Source of the DNA: Cyanobacteria bacterium auto_48_18
Lineage (GTDB): Bacteria; Cyanobacteriota; Vampirovibrionia; Obscuribacterales; Obscuribacteraceae
Direction of reading: 5' to 3'
Assembly (NCBI GenBank): GCA_036170915.1
Contig: JAVHQC010000033.1
Coordinates: 64,001-128,000, forward strand
DNA: 64,000 bases
Positions 18,982 through 27,850 of this stretch are shown one piece after another. Every line of letters starts with the position of its first letter. Within the stretch, counting starts at the first letter, position 1. The translations under genes and the position numbers were made by a program. The notes beneath the pieces were generated by a model. That model made no database searches, had not been told where the DNA came from, and saw only the letters and a program-made list of their open reading frames with translations.

Positions 18982-19900
18982 GCAGCGGCTCCGCCACAAA
19001 TTTTTTCACAGCCTGAATAAAACCAACCGTATTTTTCAAACCAATATCGTTGTGTCCTTCGCCATGGCAAATGTACATTTCTTTGGGCGGCAGAGCTTTT
19101 TCAAACATGGTCTGACTGTAGCTGAGTGGCAAAATCTGATCTTTGTCGCCATGCATTATAAGCAGGGGTGGATGCGGCTTTTGCACAGCCTTGAGATTAT
19201 CAAAATTAGGTTCGGGTGTTAAAGTGGCCGGCAAAACCCAGAGGAAAAATAGTTTGTCTCGTGCGGCATTTGAAAGTGAAGTAAATCCCGACTGCAAAAT
19301 TACTTTTCCAGGTTTGCGATTTTCCATTATGTGTGTGGTCACGCCGCATCCGACTGATTCTCCGTAGATGATGATGTTCTCTGGTTTGTAGTGCAGGTCA
19401 TTGACTGCGTAATCGAAAGTTGTGAGCCCATCAGCCAGCAAATTGTTGCAAGTGGCACCACCATTGCTCTCACCATAACCCTGATAATCGTAGAGCAAAA
19501 CCGACGCACCACTCGAAACTAGAAGTGAGGCAAGGCCAAGGCGGTGACCGAGATTGCCGGCGTTGCCATGCGAAACCAAAATCAGTTTGTCACTGCCGGG
19601 CTTTTCTACCAGACAGGCAGACAAATTGCCTTCGCCTTTTCCTTTGAAGGCTGGAATCGGTATTTTTAGGATTCTGCTTTTTGTTTTAAAAAGCTCGTCC
19701 ATTTTGCTCATTTGAGGCTTCCAGGTCTCGTCTTGCATTGGGTGCAAAACTCCCAGATCTTTAAAAACGTAGAGAATCAGGAGTCCAAGCACCACATAGA
19801 GCAAGTAGAGCTGCACTATGCCGCGCAAAAGGTTTTTCCAGTGAAATTTTGAGATTTTCGCTGCGGATTTCACTTCTACAGATTTCACTTCATTGCTCAA
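18974..19900 (-). CDS. Membrane-anchored alpha/beta hydrolase
   Basis: HGNAGN, YDYQGYG, GESVG nucleophile elbow, HGDKD, GHND. Confidence 0.88.
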   Translation of the reverse strand: MSNEVKSVEVKSAAKISKFHWKNLLRGIVQLYLLYVVLGLLILYVFKDLGVLHPMQDETWKPQMSKMDELFKTKSRILKIPIPAFKGKGEGNLSACLVEKPGSDKLILVSHGNAGNLGHRLGLASLLVSSGASVLLYDYQGYGESNGGATCNNLLADGLTTFDYAVNDLHYKPENIIIYGESVGCGVTTHIMENRKPGKVILQSGFTSLSNAARDKLFFLWVLPATLTPEPNFDNLKAVQKPHPPLLIMHGDKDQILPLSYSQTMFEKALPPKEMYICHGEGHNDIGLKNTVGFIQAVKKFVAEPLPK

Positions 19901-20090
19901 ATCATCACCCTCAATGAAACCAAGAGTCAGCTAAGCTCATCATAGCTTCGTGCCTCGGCCGCGCCATCATCAACCTGCACTTGAATAAGTGTGTTATTGA
20001 GATTCATTGTGAATCTTCTAAGTGGAGTGGTAGACAAGGCAATCAGTGGGCATGATGCTAAAATCTGACCTATTCCTCAGGATAATAGTA

Positions 20091-21407
20091 ATGGACGTGA
20101 CTCAAGAATCGATCGGCTGGGAGACCTACCTCACCGCCGGGAGCAAAGCTCTTGATTTGAGCCGTTACGAAGATGCCGAAAAGCTCTTTCAGAAAGCCCT
20201 GATGGAAGCTCGCAGAGAATTGCACGAAGCTGGCTCAGGTGCTTCAAGCTCTGAGGCTGATAAATCGCAAGCGGTGTTGTCTGCAGAAGGCGCCCTGGCG
20301 CGCATTTCGGCCAAAATGGGAGCTTTGTATCTGGTGCAGGGCCAGTTCAAAGAAGCAGAAGTGTTCATGAAGCAGGCTCTCGACCTGTTTGAAAAAACTG
20401 CAGGTAAAGAAAGCAAGCCTGTGGCCGATGTTTTAACCGAGCTGGGTGCTGTCTATCGCGCCCAGGGCAAGTATTCTTCGGTAGAATCGCTTTTGCGTCG
20501 CGCCCTTACTATTTATGAAAGCGAAGATTCAGACGAGCAAGACCCGCTGGAGGTGGCCACCATGCTTGGCAATCTAGCTGACTTTTTGCGAGCACACGGT
20601 AAATATAGCGCTGCTGAGCCGCTATTTCAGAGAGCTCTAGCGAAAAGAGAATCTGTGCTTGGCCCTGATCACGCTAGTATTGGCCCTTATCTGCATAATT
20701 TAGCCCTGCTTTATCACGCTGAAGGCAAGTACGAACAGGCTGAACCACTGTATGTGCGCGCCCTGCGCATGTTTGAAGAAACTTGGGGCCCGGATCATCC
20801 AAGCGTGGCCACCGTACTCAATTATCAAGCCGAACTTTACCGTATGCTGGGAGACTTTGCCCGCTCAGAAAAGCTGCACTGGCGCGCTTTGAAAATTCGC
20901 CAAACGGTTCTCGGGCTGCAGCATCCGAGCACTGCTCAGACGCTGAGCAATCTGGCTTTGCTTTTTCATATTCAGTGCAAATACGGTCAGGCCGAGCCGC
21001 TCTATCAATCGCTGCTGGAAATTCGCACCAAAGACTGGGGCCCCAAGCACATGCACGTAGCTGAGGTGCTTAATTCGCTGGCCGAGGTTTATCACGATCA
21101 AGAGAAGTATTCAGAAGCAGAGCCTCTTTACTGGAGAGCTGTGGAAATTATTCAAGAGAATATGGGACATGAGCATCCGACAGTGGCTAAGGCATTGCGC
21201 CGTCTCGCTCACTTATATGAAGAGCAAGAAAATTATGGTGAGGCTGATAGGCTTTATCGCTGGGGCCTTGGTGTTAGCGAAAAAGCCCTTGGTGCGGAGC
21301 ATCCTGAGGTAGCCGAACTTGTGGCTCGCTATGCTGCTCTGCAACGCAAACTTATTTTAGATGATGATGACAATGAAGACACCACAGAGATTTTGTGGCG
21401 GAACTAG
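20091..21407 (+). CDS. Tetratricopeptide repeat protein (kinesin-light-chain-type repeats)
   Basis: Repeated LGPDHP...LNNLA...YxxAEPLY units; start chosen at ATG 20091 (ORF track 20046). Confidence 0.88.
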   Translation: MDVTQESIGWETYLTAGSKALDLSRYEDAEKLFQKALMEARRELHEAGSGASSSEADKSQAVLSAEGALARISAKMGALYLVQGQFKEAEVFMKQALDLFEKTAGKESKPVADVLTELGAVYRAQGKYSSVESLLRRALTIYESEDSDEQDPLEVATMLGNLADFLRAHGKYSAAEPLFQRALAKRESVLGPDHASIGPYLHNLALLYHAEGKYEQAEPLYVRALRMFEETWGPDHPSVATVLNYQAELYRMLGDFARSEKLHWRALKIRQTVLGLQHPSTAQTLSNLALLFHIQCKYGQAEPLYQSLLEIRTKDWGPKHMHVAEVLNSLAEVYHDQEKYSEAEPLYWRAVEIIQENMGHEHPTVAKALRRLAHLYEEQENYGEADRLYRWGLGVSEKALGAEHPEVAELVARYAALQRKLILDDDDNEDTTEILWRN

Positions 21408-21427
21408 GGGCTTAGCTGGCTATCTAT

Positions 21428-22867
21428 CTAACTAACAGGCACTAATTTCGAAGCCGCCGGCATTCCAACTTTAAGCTTTTGTCGCACACCTTCGCCAGCG
21501 AGAATACCGCTGGTAGCAGCTTGTCCGACGCCTCTTGTCCATGAACTGGAGTCGCCGATGATGAAGAGGTTAGGAACGTTGGTTTCCATGTTCTTATTTA
21601 CTGAAATAGAGTCAGGATAGCTTTTGCATTCTGGTGCATAAAGCAAAGTAGACTCACCGGCAACACCAGGGCAAATTTTGTCGAGGGCATCAAGATATTC
21701 GACGATGCTTTCCAAAATGCGGTGCGGATACGCAAGAGAGATGTCACCACACTCTGCTTCTAAAGTCGGCTTGATCAAATTGTTTGTAAGCGACTTCGTT
21801 CTTCTGCCAGCTTTGAGATCGCCAAGCCTTTGAACAAGCGGGCCTCCACCGGCAAGCATGTTGGCAATTTTGGCAATTGTCTGCGAATACATTTGCGGAT
21901 TTTTGAAAGGTCTGGTGAAAGTTTTGGAAACAAGAACGGCAAAGTTATTGTTCTCAGATTTTTCGTACATTTTTGAGTGGCCATTTACAAGCACATAGTC
22001 ACGATGATTTTCTGGTGTGACGAAGCCTTTTGGATTCGAGCAGAAATTGCGCACCACATCGTTGGAATGCCGACTGCGGTAATAAAGCTTTGGTTCGTAA
22101 AAACGTCTATCAACTTCTTCAGTAAAGAACGCACTGGTTTCAACTCTGATACCAATATCAACTTGTCCTGGATTAATATCGAGTGCCTTATAGAATTCTT
22201 GCTGAGTTAGCCAGGCAGCTCCACCGCGGCCAACTGAGACGATGCAGAGATCAAAAATATCTTCCACTTCTTCTTCTGGTTTGCGATAGCGATCTGACCG
22301 CACTGCGAATTTTTCATTGCGCCGGGCTATTGACACAACTTTTTTGTCAAAGTGAAAAACGATATTGGAGCCTTTGCTCTTAATTTCGTTGAGAATGCTG
22401 GTGTTAATGGCCGGGGCGTTATCAGAGCCGCAATGTAGAAGTTCTTGATAGTGATAAGTCATGCCGGCCATAGTGGCCTTTTTCTTGATCCACTCCAGAT
22501 CTTCGGCATTTGGCTTAACTACTGGTATCTCGCAAGGCGCGTGATGCAAAATCGTCGCTCTTACCATATCCAGGCGTTTTTGCAGTTCAGCTTCGCCCAC
22601 TAGGTCGTACAGCCGGCCACCAATCACAGGCGAAGCTGAAAGAATGACCTTAAAGTCGTTCCAGCTGCCAGCAGACTGGCCGGGAGCACAGTAACTGCAA
22701 GCCTTGGGAGGACAAACAGTCAGTTTTCCCTGGTCAATAGGGCAGGCATAGCGCTTTTCGTATGTGGGCCCGACGTCGAATACGTGTACTTCCACGTCTG
22801 CGCCGGCCAGCTCTTTAAGAGCGAAAAGTCCGGAAGCGCCAAGCCCGATAAGCGCGAGTTTTTGCAT
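21428..22867 (-). CDS. FAD-dependent oxidoreductase (COG2509-like) with Cys-rich N-terminal cluster
   Basis: IGLGASG dinucleotide motif, SVGRGG, VDIGIRVE, FCSNPKG, LVNGHS, LLYAPE, FIIGD. Confidence 0.8.
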   Translation of the reverse strand: MQKLALIGLGASGLFALKELAGADVEVHVFDVGPTYEKRYACPIDQGKLTVCPPKACSYCAPGQSAGSWNDFKVILSASPVIGGRLYDLVGEAELQKRLDMVRATILHHAPCEIPVVKPNAEDLEWIKKKATMAGMTYHYQELLHCGSDNAPAINTSILNEIKSKGSNIVFHFDKKVVSIARRNEKFAVRSDRYRKPEEEVEDIFDLCIVSVGRGGAAWLTQQEFYKALDINPGQVDIGIRVETSAFFTEEVDRRFYEPKLYYRSRHSNDVVRNFCSNPKGFVTPENHRDYVLVNGHSKMYEKSENNNFAVLVSKTFTRPFKNPQMYSQTIAKIANMLAGGGPLVQRLGDLKAGRRTKSLTNNLIKPTLEAECGDISLAYPHRILESIVEYLDALDKICPGVAGESTLLYAPECKSYPDSISVNKNMETNVPNLFIIGDSSSWTRGVGQAATSGILAGEGVRQKLKVGMPAASKLVPVS

Positions 22868-23018
22868 GGTCTGTTTACTGCGGCCCCTGCGGATAAGTCA
22901 AACCCTAATCGTACCACCGTTTGGCGGGTTGCTAAGAGAAGATTGCAGAGGCTTAAGCTAGTTTTTGTTAATCTACTAATGTGTTTCTGGTCGGCGGGAC
23001 TAGTGTCGTCGTTGCTTG

Positions 23019-23084
23019 CCTAAGAATTTTTACAACCGTTAGGTTGTGCGGAAATACAACTTATGAGTTGTATTTTTTCTTAGG
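23019..23084. repeat. 66-bp symmetric double-palindrome element, copy A
   Basis: CCTAAG-aatttt-TACAAC-cgttag-GTTGTG-cggaaa-TACAAC-ttatga-GTTGTA-tttttt-CTTAGG; related copy at 57033-57098. Confidence 0.85.
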
Positions 23085-23085
23085 G

Positions 23086-25001
23086 GTGCGCCGATTAAAA
23101 CCGGCAGAGAGTAGGAGATGTAAGAGCTCTACATTGAAGGTCTAGCAAACCACAATGACCGCGAGTCATGCGCGGATGACAGTAATGGCATACGTGAAGC
23201 GTTGACAGCGGCACACACAGGCTGGGCTATTGAGCCTCGTAAAATTACATCAGAGCGCCGACATGGTCCCTAACGATGGAAGGCAACACTGTAAACATCG
23301 ATATGCGAGATGTATACAGGCTCTGCGTGGTCAAAGACCCCGAGCATGTGTGGAAACTCTTTGAGCGGGAATCGGGAGATCCCATGTTTGACCTGGAAGA
23401 ACCCAGGCCCGCATTGGAAATCCGCAAGGAGCAAACCGATGATGAACGAACATGGGAAGTCGGACGACGTGGTAGTAGCTAAGAAATCTGCGAACAAGAA
23501 TGGACATTTAAATTCGACATTTGAGGAGCAGATGGAGCCAAGCACGTCGACTGAGGGGAACGAGTCGCAACAAAACACGCTCCAGACACAGGGCTGGGAT
23601 AGTGTGCAAAGTAAGTTGCAGCTCGTACATCAAAAGGCAAAGGAGGATAGGAAGAGGCAGTTCACCGCTCTCTTGCACCACATTTACAATATCGACACAT
23701 TGACTGCGGCGTATTTCAAAATAAAGAGAAAAGCTGCACCAGGTGTAGACAAGGAAACGTGGCTCAGTTACGGAGAAAATTTGGAGCAAAATCTCCAGAA
23801 TCTCTCCGAGCGATTGAAGCGAGGTGCGTACCGAGCCAAACCAGTTAGAAGGGTGTACATACCAAAACCAAATGGTCAACAAAGGCCACTAGGGGTCACT
23901 GCTCTGGAAGACAAAATCGTCCAGAGAGCAACAGTGGAAGTACTAAACGCCGTCTACGAAGCTGATTTCATCGGATTCTCGTATGGATTTCGACCAGGGC
24001 GTAGCCAACACAAAGCGTTGGATGCACTTACAGTCGGCATTGAAACGAGAAAAGTGAACTGGGTGCTCGATGCCGACATCCGTGATTTCTACGGTTCAAT
24101 TAATCACGAATGGCTGGTCAAATTTGTCGAGCACCGAATTGCAGACAAGCGCGTCGTGCGGCTCATCCAGAAATGGCTAGCTGCCGGTGTGCTTGAGGAT
24201 GGAGAAGTAACGTTTGGCGCAACAGGAGCACCACAGGGAGCAAGCGCGTCGCCGCTTCTCTCTAACGTGTATCTGCATTACGTCTACGACCTGTGGGTTC
24301 AACAATGGCGAGAGAAACAAGCTAAGGGCCACATGATTCTGGTTCGGTTTGCTGACGATACCGTTGTTGGATTTCAGTACAAAGCTGATGCTGAGCGGTT
24401 CCTAAAAGAATTGAAGGAAAGACTCCTGAAGTTCGATTTAGAATTGCACCCTGAAAAGACACGCCTAATCGAATTTGGACGGTTCGCCGCTAAGAATCGA
24501 GAAGAGCGTGGTGAGGGCAAACCAGAGACATTTACGTTCTTAGGTTTTACGCATATTTGTGGCAAAACCAGGAGCGGAAATTTCACGGTCATGAGGCAAA
24601 CAATCAAAAAGAAACTGAATGCGAAAATTAAAGCTCTAAAAGTTGAGCTGACAAAACGCATGCACTTACCTATCCAAGAAGTCGGAAAATGGCTGCACAA
24701 GGTGGTTACTGGACACAACCAATATTACGGTGTGCCTGGCAATTACGCCGCCCTAAACTCATTCCGTCGCAAGGTATATCACAGCTGGCGCCGGACGCTC
24801 ATGCGTAGGAGTCACAAAGGGTATGTCACTTGGGAAAGAATGCAGCAGATAATTGACCGATGGCTGCCAATGCCCAGCATTTGCCACCCTTATCCCTCGC
24901 AACGATTTGGTGTCAGAACCTGAAGTAGGAGCCCTGTGCGGTAGTACCGCACGCAGGGATCTGCGCGGGGGGTGGCAGGCAACTGCTATCCCTACCGCTA
25001 C
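23086..25001 (+). mobile_element. Complete group II intron (IIB, bacterial class E-like), intergenic insertion
   Basis: 5' GTGCG at 23086; putative EBS1 CCCTAA (23268-23273) complements 5' exon TTAGGG (23080-23085); domain V GAGCCCTGTGCG-GTAGTAC-CGCACGCAGGGATC and domain VI ending CCTACCGCTAC at 25001; encodes an RT/maturase. Confidence 0.9.
23439..24923 (+). CDS. ltrA: Group II intron reverse transcriptase/maturase without endonuclease domain
   Basis: AAPGVD, RRVYIPK.G..RPLG, SYGFRPGRS, LDADIR, PQG...SPLLSN, RFADD, FTFLGF; no HNH tail; start MMNEHGKSD after AAGGAG (ORF track 23310). Confidence 0.95.
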   Translation: MMNEHGKSDDVVVAKKSANKNGHLNSTFEEQMEPSTSTEGNESQQNTLQTQGWDSVQSKLQLVHQKAKEDRKRQFTALLHHIYNIDTLTAAYFKIKRKAAPGVDKETWLSYGENLEQNLQNLSERLKRGAYRAKPVRRVYIPKPNGQQRPLGVTALEDKIVQRATVEVLNAVYEADFIGFSYGFRPGRSQHKALDALTVGIETRKVNWVLDADIRDFYGSINHEWLVKFVEHRIADKRVVRLIQKWLAAGVLEDGEVTFGATGAPQGASASPLLSNVYLHYVYDLWVQQWREKQAKGHMILVRFADDTVVGFQYKADAERFLKELKERLLKFDLELHPEKTRLIEFGRFAAKNREERGEGKPETFTFLGFTHICGKTRSGNFTVMRQTIKKKLNAKIKALKVELTKRMHLPIQEVGKWLHKVVTGHNQYYGVPGNYAALNSFRRKVYHSWRRTLMRRSHKGYVTWERMQQIIDRWLPMPSICHPYPSQRFGVRT

Positions 25002-25107
25002 TTTTGATTTAGTGAGCCGCCTCTGCGAATTGGCGGAAAAGTTCGCTGCCAAATTCAGTTATTTCTGTAGAATGCAATCACGCAGTTCACTGAATGGGTT
25101 CGGACAA

Positions 25108-26559
25108 ATGTTGAAAAATTGCCTGCCTGCATATTTTGCACTGTCGCTGGCACTATTAACAGTTAACAGCCATTTCTGCCCTGGTGCTGAGGCAAAAACC
25201 TTTAATACCGACGCAGAAAGTGCGCCATCTATTGCCGTACGCTCGTCAAAGCCGCCTCATTTAACGGCAGCTGACAATAAAATGTTAGAGCAGATCCAGA
25301 AAGCTCACTTTCAATATTTTTTACAGCACAGTAATTCGACAACGGGGCTAACAAAAGATCGTTCTCGTAAAAATTCGGCTTGCAGTATTGCCGCGGTTGG
25401 CTTTTCACTCACCGCATATGGTGTGGCTGCCCACCATGGTTGGATCGCGCGCGAGCCGGCTGCTGATTACACGCTTAAAGTATTGAATACGCTTTTAGAA
25501 GGCAAACAAGGCAATGAAGCTAAAGGCGTTAATGGTAATCACGGATTTTACTATCACTTTCTAGATTGTCACACCGGTCTGCGAGACGGTTTGTGCGAGC
25601 TCTCCACTATTGATACTACTTTGCTGCTTGCCGGAGTACTTTACAGCAAAAATTATTTCACCACTGATAGTGCCAAAGAAACAAAGATAAGAGATTTAGC
25701 GGAGCAAATGTACAAGCGGGTCGACTGGAATTGGGCTGCTCGTAATTCAGACAGAATTAGCATGGGTTGGACTCCTGAGCGTGGTTTCATTGAGCGCAAC
25801 TGGACTGGATACGATGAAGCCAGTCTGTTATGCCTGTTAGCGATGGGCTCGCCCACACACGCTACGCCGGCTTCTACGTGGCATAAATACATTGCTAGTG
25901 GAAAAATCGGCTCACCCTACGGCCGCAGACAGATGCAATTTGGTCCACTCTTCGGACACCAGTACACACAAGTGTGGGTAGACATGCGACAGCTGGAAAA
26001 TAGCACCACTAGAACAATAGGGCATGATTTTTTTCAGAATTCACGCATGGCCACTTTGACCCAACATGATTATGCAATTGAGAATCCGCTAAAATACGAT
26101 GGTTATAGCGCCTTAGACTGGGGGCTAACTGCCTGCGATGGCCCAGGGAGTATCGACAAAATTGTAGGTGGGCGAAAGCGGAAGTTTTATAATTATGTGG
26201 CCCGGGGCTATCCGAGCATTCCTCCTTCACCAGATGATGGCACCATAGCACCAACAGCGGCTGTGGGCTCGCTTCCTTTTGCACCAGAGATTGTGATGCC
26301 GACATTACGTCACTGGTTAAAAAATCGGCCGGAGATTTTTAGTGAAGTTGGTTTTAAAGATGCTTTCAATATGACTTTTGAACGGTCAAAACCTTCTGGG
26401 TGGATTGATTCGGAATGCATCGGTATTGATCAAGGTCCTATACTTCTTATGATCGAAAATTACCGCACGGGCTCTGTGTGGAAAGTTATGGAAAAGGATC
26501 CTTACATTCAGGCTGGTTTAAAAAAAGCCGGTTTTGTAAAGCGTGAGCACATGAATTGA
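25108..26559 (+). CDS. Secreted glucoamylase-like (PF10091/GH144-like) glycoside hydrolase
   Basis: SIAAVGF, HGFYYHFLD, ELSTIDT, GPLFGHQY, WGLTACDGP, DDGTIAPTA, IGIDQGP; start at 25072 or 25108, since the longer ORF starts inside the intron. Confidence 0.85.
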   Translation: MLKNCLPAYFALSLALLTVNSHFCPGAEAKTFNTDAESAPSIAVRSSKPPHLTAADNKMLEQIQKAHFQYFLQHSNSTTGLTKDRSRKNSACSIAAVGFSLTAYGVAAHHGWIAREPAADYTLKVLNTLLEGKQGNEAKGVNGNHGFYYHFLDCHTGLRDGLCELSTIDTTLLLAGVLYSKNYFTTDSAKETKIRDLAEQMYKRVDWNWAARNSDRISMGWTPERGFIERNWTGYDEASLLCLLAMGSPTHATPASTWHKYIASGKIGSPYGRRQMQFGPLFGHQYTQVWVDMRQLENSTTRTIGHDFFQNSRMATLTQHDYAIENPLKYDGYSALDWGLTACDGPGSIDKIVGGRKRKFYNYVARGYPSIPPSPDDGTIAPTAAVGSLPFAPEIVMPTLRHWLKNRPEIFSEVGFKDAFNMTFERSKPSGWIDSECIGIDQGPILLMIENYRTGSVWKVMEKDPYIQAGLKKAGFVKREHMN

Positions 26560-26580
26560 TAGCTTGTGGAGGACTGATCG

Positions 26581-27705
26581 GTGAAATTTTTGCGCAGCGG
26601 TAAATTGCTATTTTTGCTTCTTTCTATGTTGTGTTCGTCGCTGCCCGTCCTTGCGCAGGACGAAAAACGTTGGACTGAAGAGCAGGTTAACAGCTGGTAT
26701 CAGAAGGTCGGCCGGCAAGTGGGAAGTAATTACGTTCCTGCCAGTGCCGTGAATCAGTTGGAAATGTGGCAAGGCTCTACATTTGACGAACCGCAAATCG
26801 ACAAAGAACTGGCCTGGGCAGAATCGATTGGCATGAATACCATGAGAGTTTTTCTCCATGACTTGTTATGGAAACAGGATCAGTCAGGTTTTAAAAATCG
26901 CATTGAAGCGTTTTTAAAAATCGCTGACAAACACCATATCAAACCTATTTTCGTGCTCTTCGATTCGTGCTGGGATCCGCACCCGGTGCTGGGTCCACAA
27001 CACCCACCTATTCCGGGCGTTCACAATTCTGGTTGGGTACAGAGCCCTGGTGCTCTCGCGCTTAGTGATGAAAAAGAATATTCTCGATTACAAGAATATG
27101 TTGTCGGTGTAATTGGCGCTTTTGCCAATGATCAAAGAATTCTTGCCTGGGATGTTTGGAATGAGCCCAATAATGGCAATCCTGAAGCTTACGGACGCGC
27201 AGAGCTGAAAAATAAGCAGGCATTTGTTGCCAAATTGTTGCCTCAGGTGTTTGACTGGGCACGGTCGGCAAACCCATCGCAACCACTAACTTCTGGTGTC
27301 TGGGACGGCGACTGGTCTCCACAAAATTTAAGCGCTATTCAAAACACTCAATTGGATCGCTCTGATTTCATTTCCTTCCACAATTATGGCTGGCCAGAAG
27401 ATTTCGAAAAGCGTGTGGTGACCTTGCAGCGCTATCATCGTCCGCTGATTTGCACTGAGTATATGGCTCGGGGCGCTGGAAATACTTTTGATACCATTTT
27501 GCCAATTGCAAAAACATATAATGTAGGAGCAATTAACTGGGGTCTAGTGGCAGGCAAAACTCAGACATTTTTGCCATGGGATTCTTGGGCTAAACCTTAT
27601 GTTTTGATGCCGCCGACCATCTGGTTTCACGATGTTTTCAACGCAGATGGTCGGCCCTACCGCGAGCAAGAAGTGAAATTAATTCGGCAGTTTCGAAGCA
27701 ATTAG
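26581..27705 (+). CDS. Secreted clan-A (GH5-like) glycoside hydrolase
   Basis: Signal peptide; NQLEMWQ, GMNTMRVFLH, WDVWNEP acid/base, ICTEYMAR nucleophile. Confidence 0.85.
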   Translation: MKFLRSGKLLFLLLSMLCSSLPVLAQDEKRWTEEQVNSWYQKVGRQVGSNYVPASAVNQLEMWQGSTFDEPQIDKELAWAESIGMNTMRVFLHDLLWKQDQSGFKNRIEAFLKIADKHHIKPIFVLFDSCWDPHPVLGPQHPPIPGVHNSGWVQSPGALALSDEKEYSRLQEYVVGVIGAFANDQRILAWDVWNEPNNGNPEAYGRAELKNKQAFVAKLLPQVFDWARSANPSQPLTSGVWDGDWSPQNLSAIQNTQLDRSDFISFHNYGWPEDFEKRVVTLQRYHRPLICTEYMARGAGNTFDTILPIAKTYNVGAINWGLVAGKTQTFLPWDSWAKPYVLMPPTIWFHDVFNADGRPYREQEVKLIRQFRSN

Positions 27706-27850
27706 CCAATTAACTTTGTTAGGGCTTCGGGGGTCTGAAAGAAAAGAAAAAGTGGTTTACAGAAAAACACGAGGTTTTTCCGTAAACCACTTTGGTGGCA
27801 AAACTGATAGGGCTGACATGCGCGCTTTTGCTAGTCGCGCGAGTAAAGCG

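Noticed and set aside
23019..23084. Integron attC site or intrinsic terminator
   Set aside because: The arms do not fit RYYYAAC/GTTRRRY; there is no integrase or cassette array; stems are AT-rich and no gene ends here
23276..23482. 68-aa ORF and the first 43 codons of the RT ORF
   Set aside because: These fall in structured intron RNA; the RBS-supported start is 23439
23439..24923. RT as retron, DGR or defence RT; FADD in place of YADD
   Set aside because: It is embedded in a full group II intron with a maturase region; FADD is a known variant; no template/variable repeat pair was seen
24853..25107. N-terminal extension of the 568-aa ORF
   Set aside because: It reads through intron domains V and VI and intergenic sequence; the signal-peptide-like start lies at 25072 or 25108
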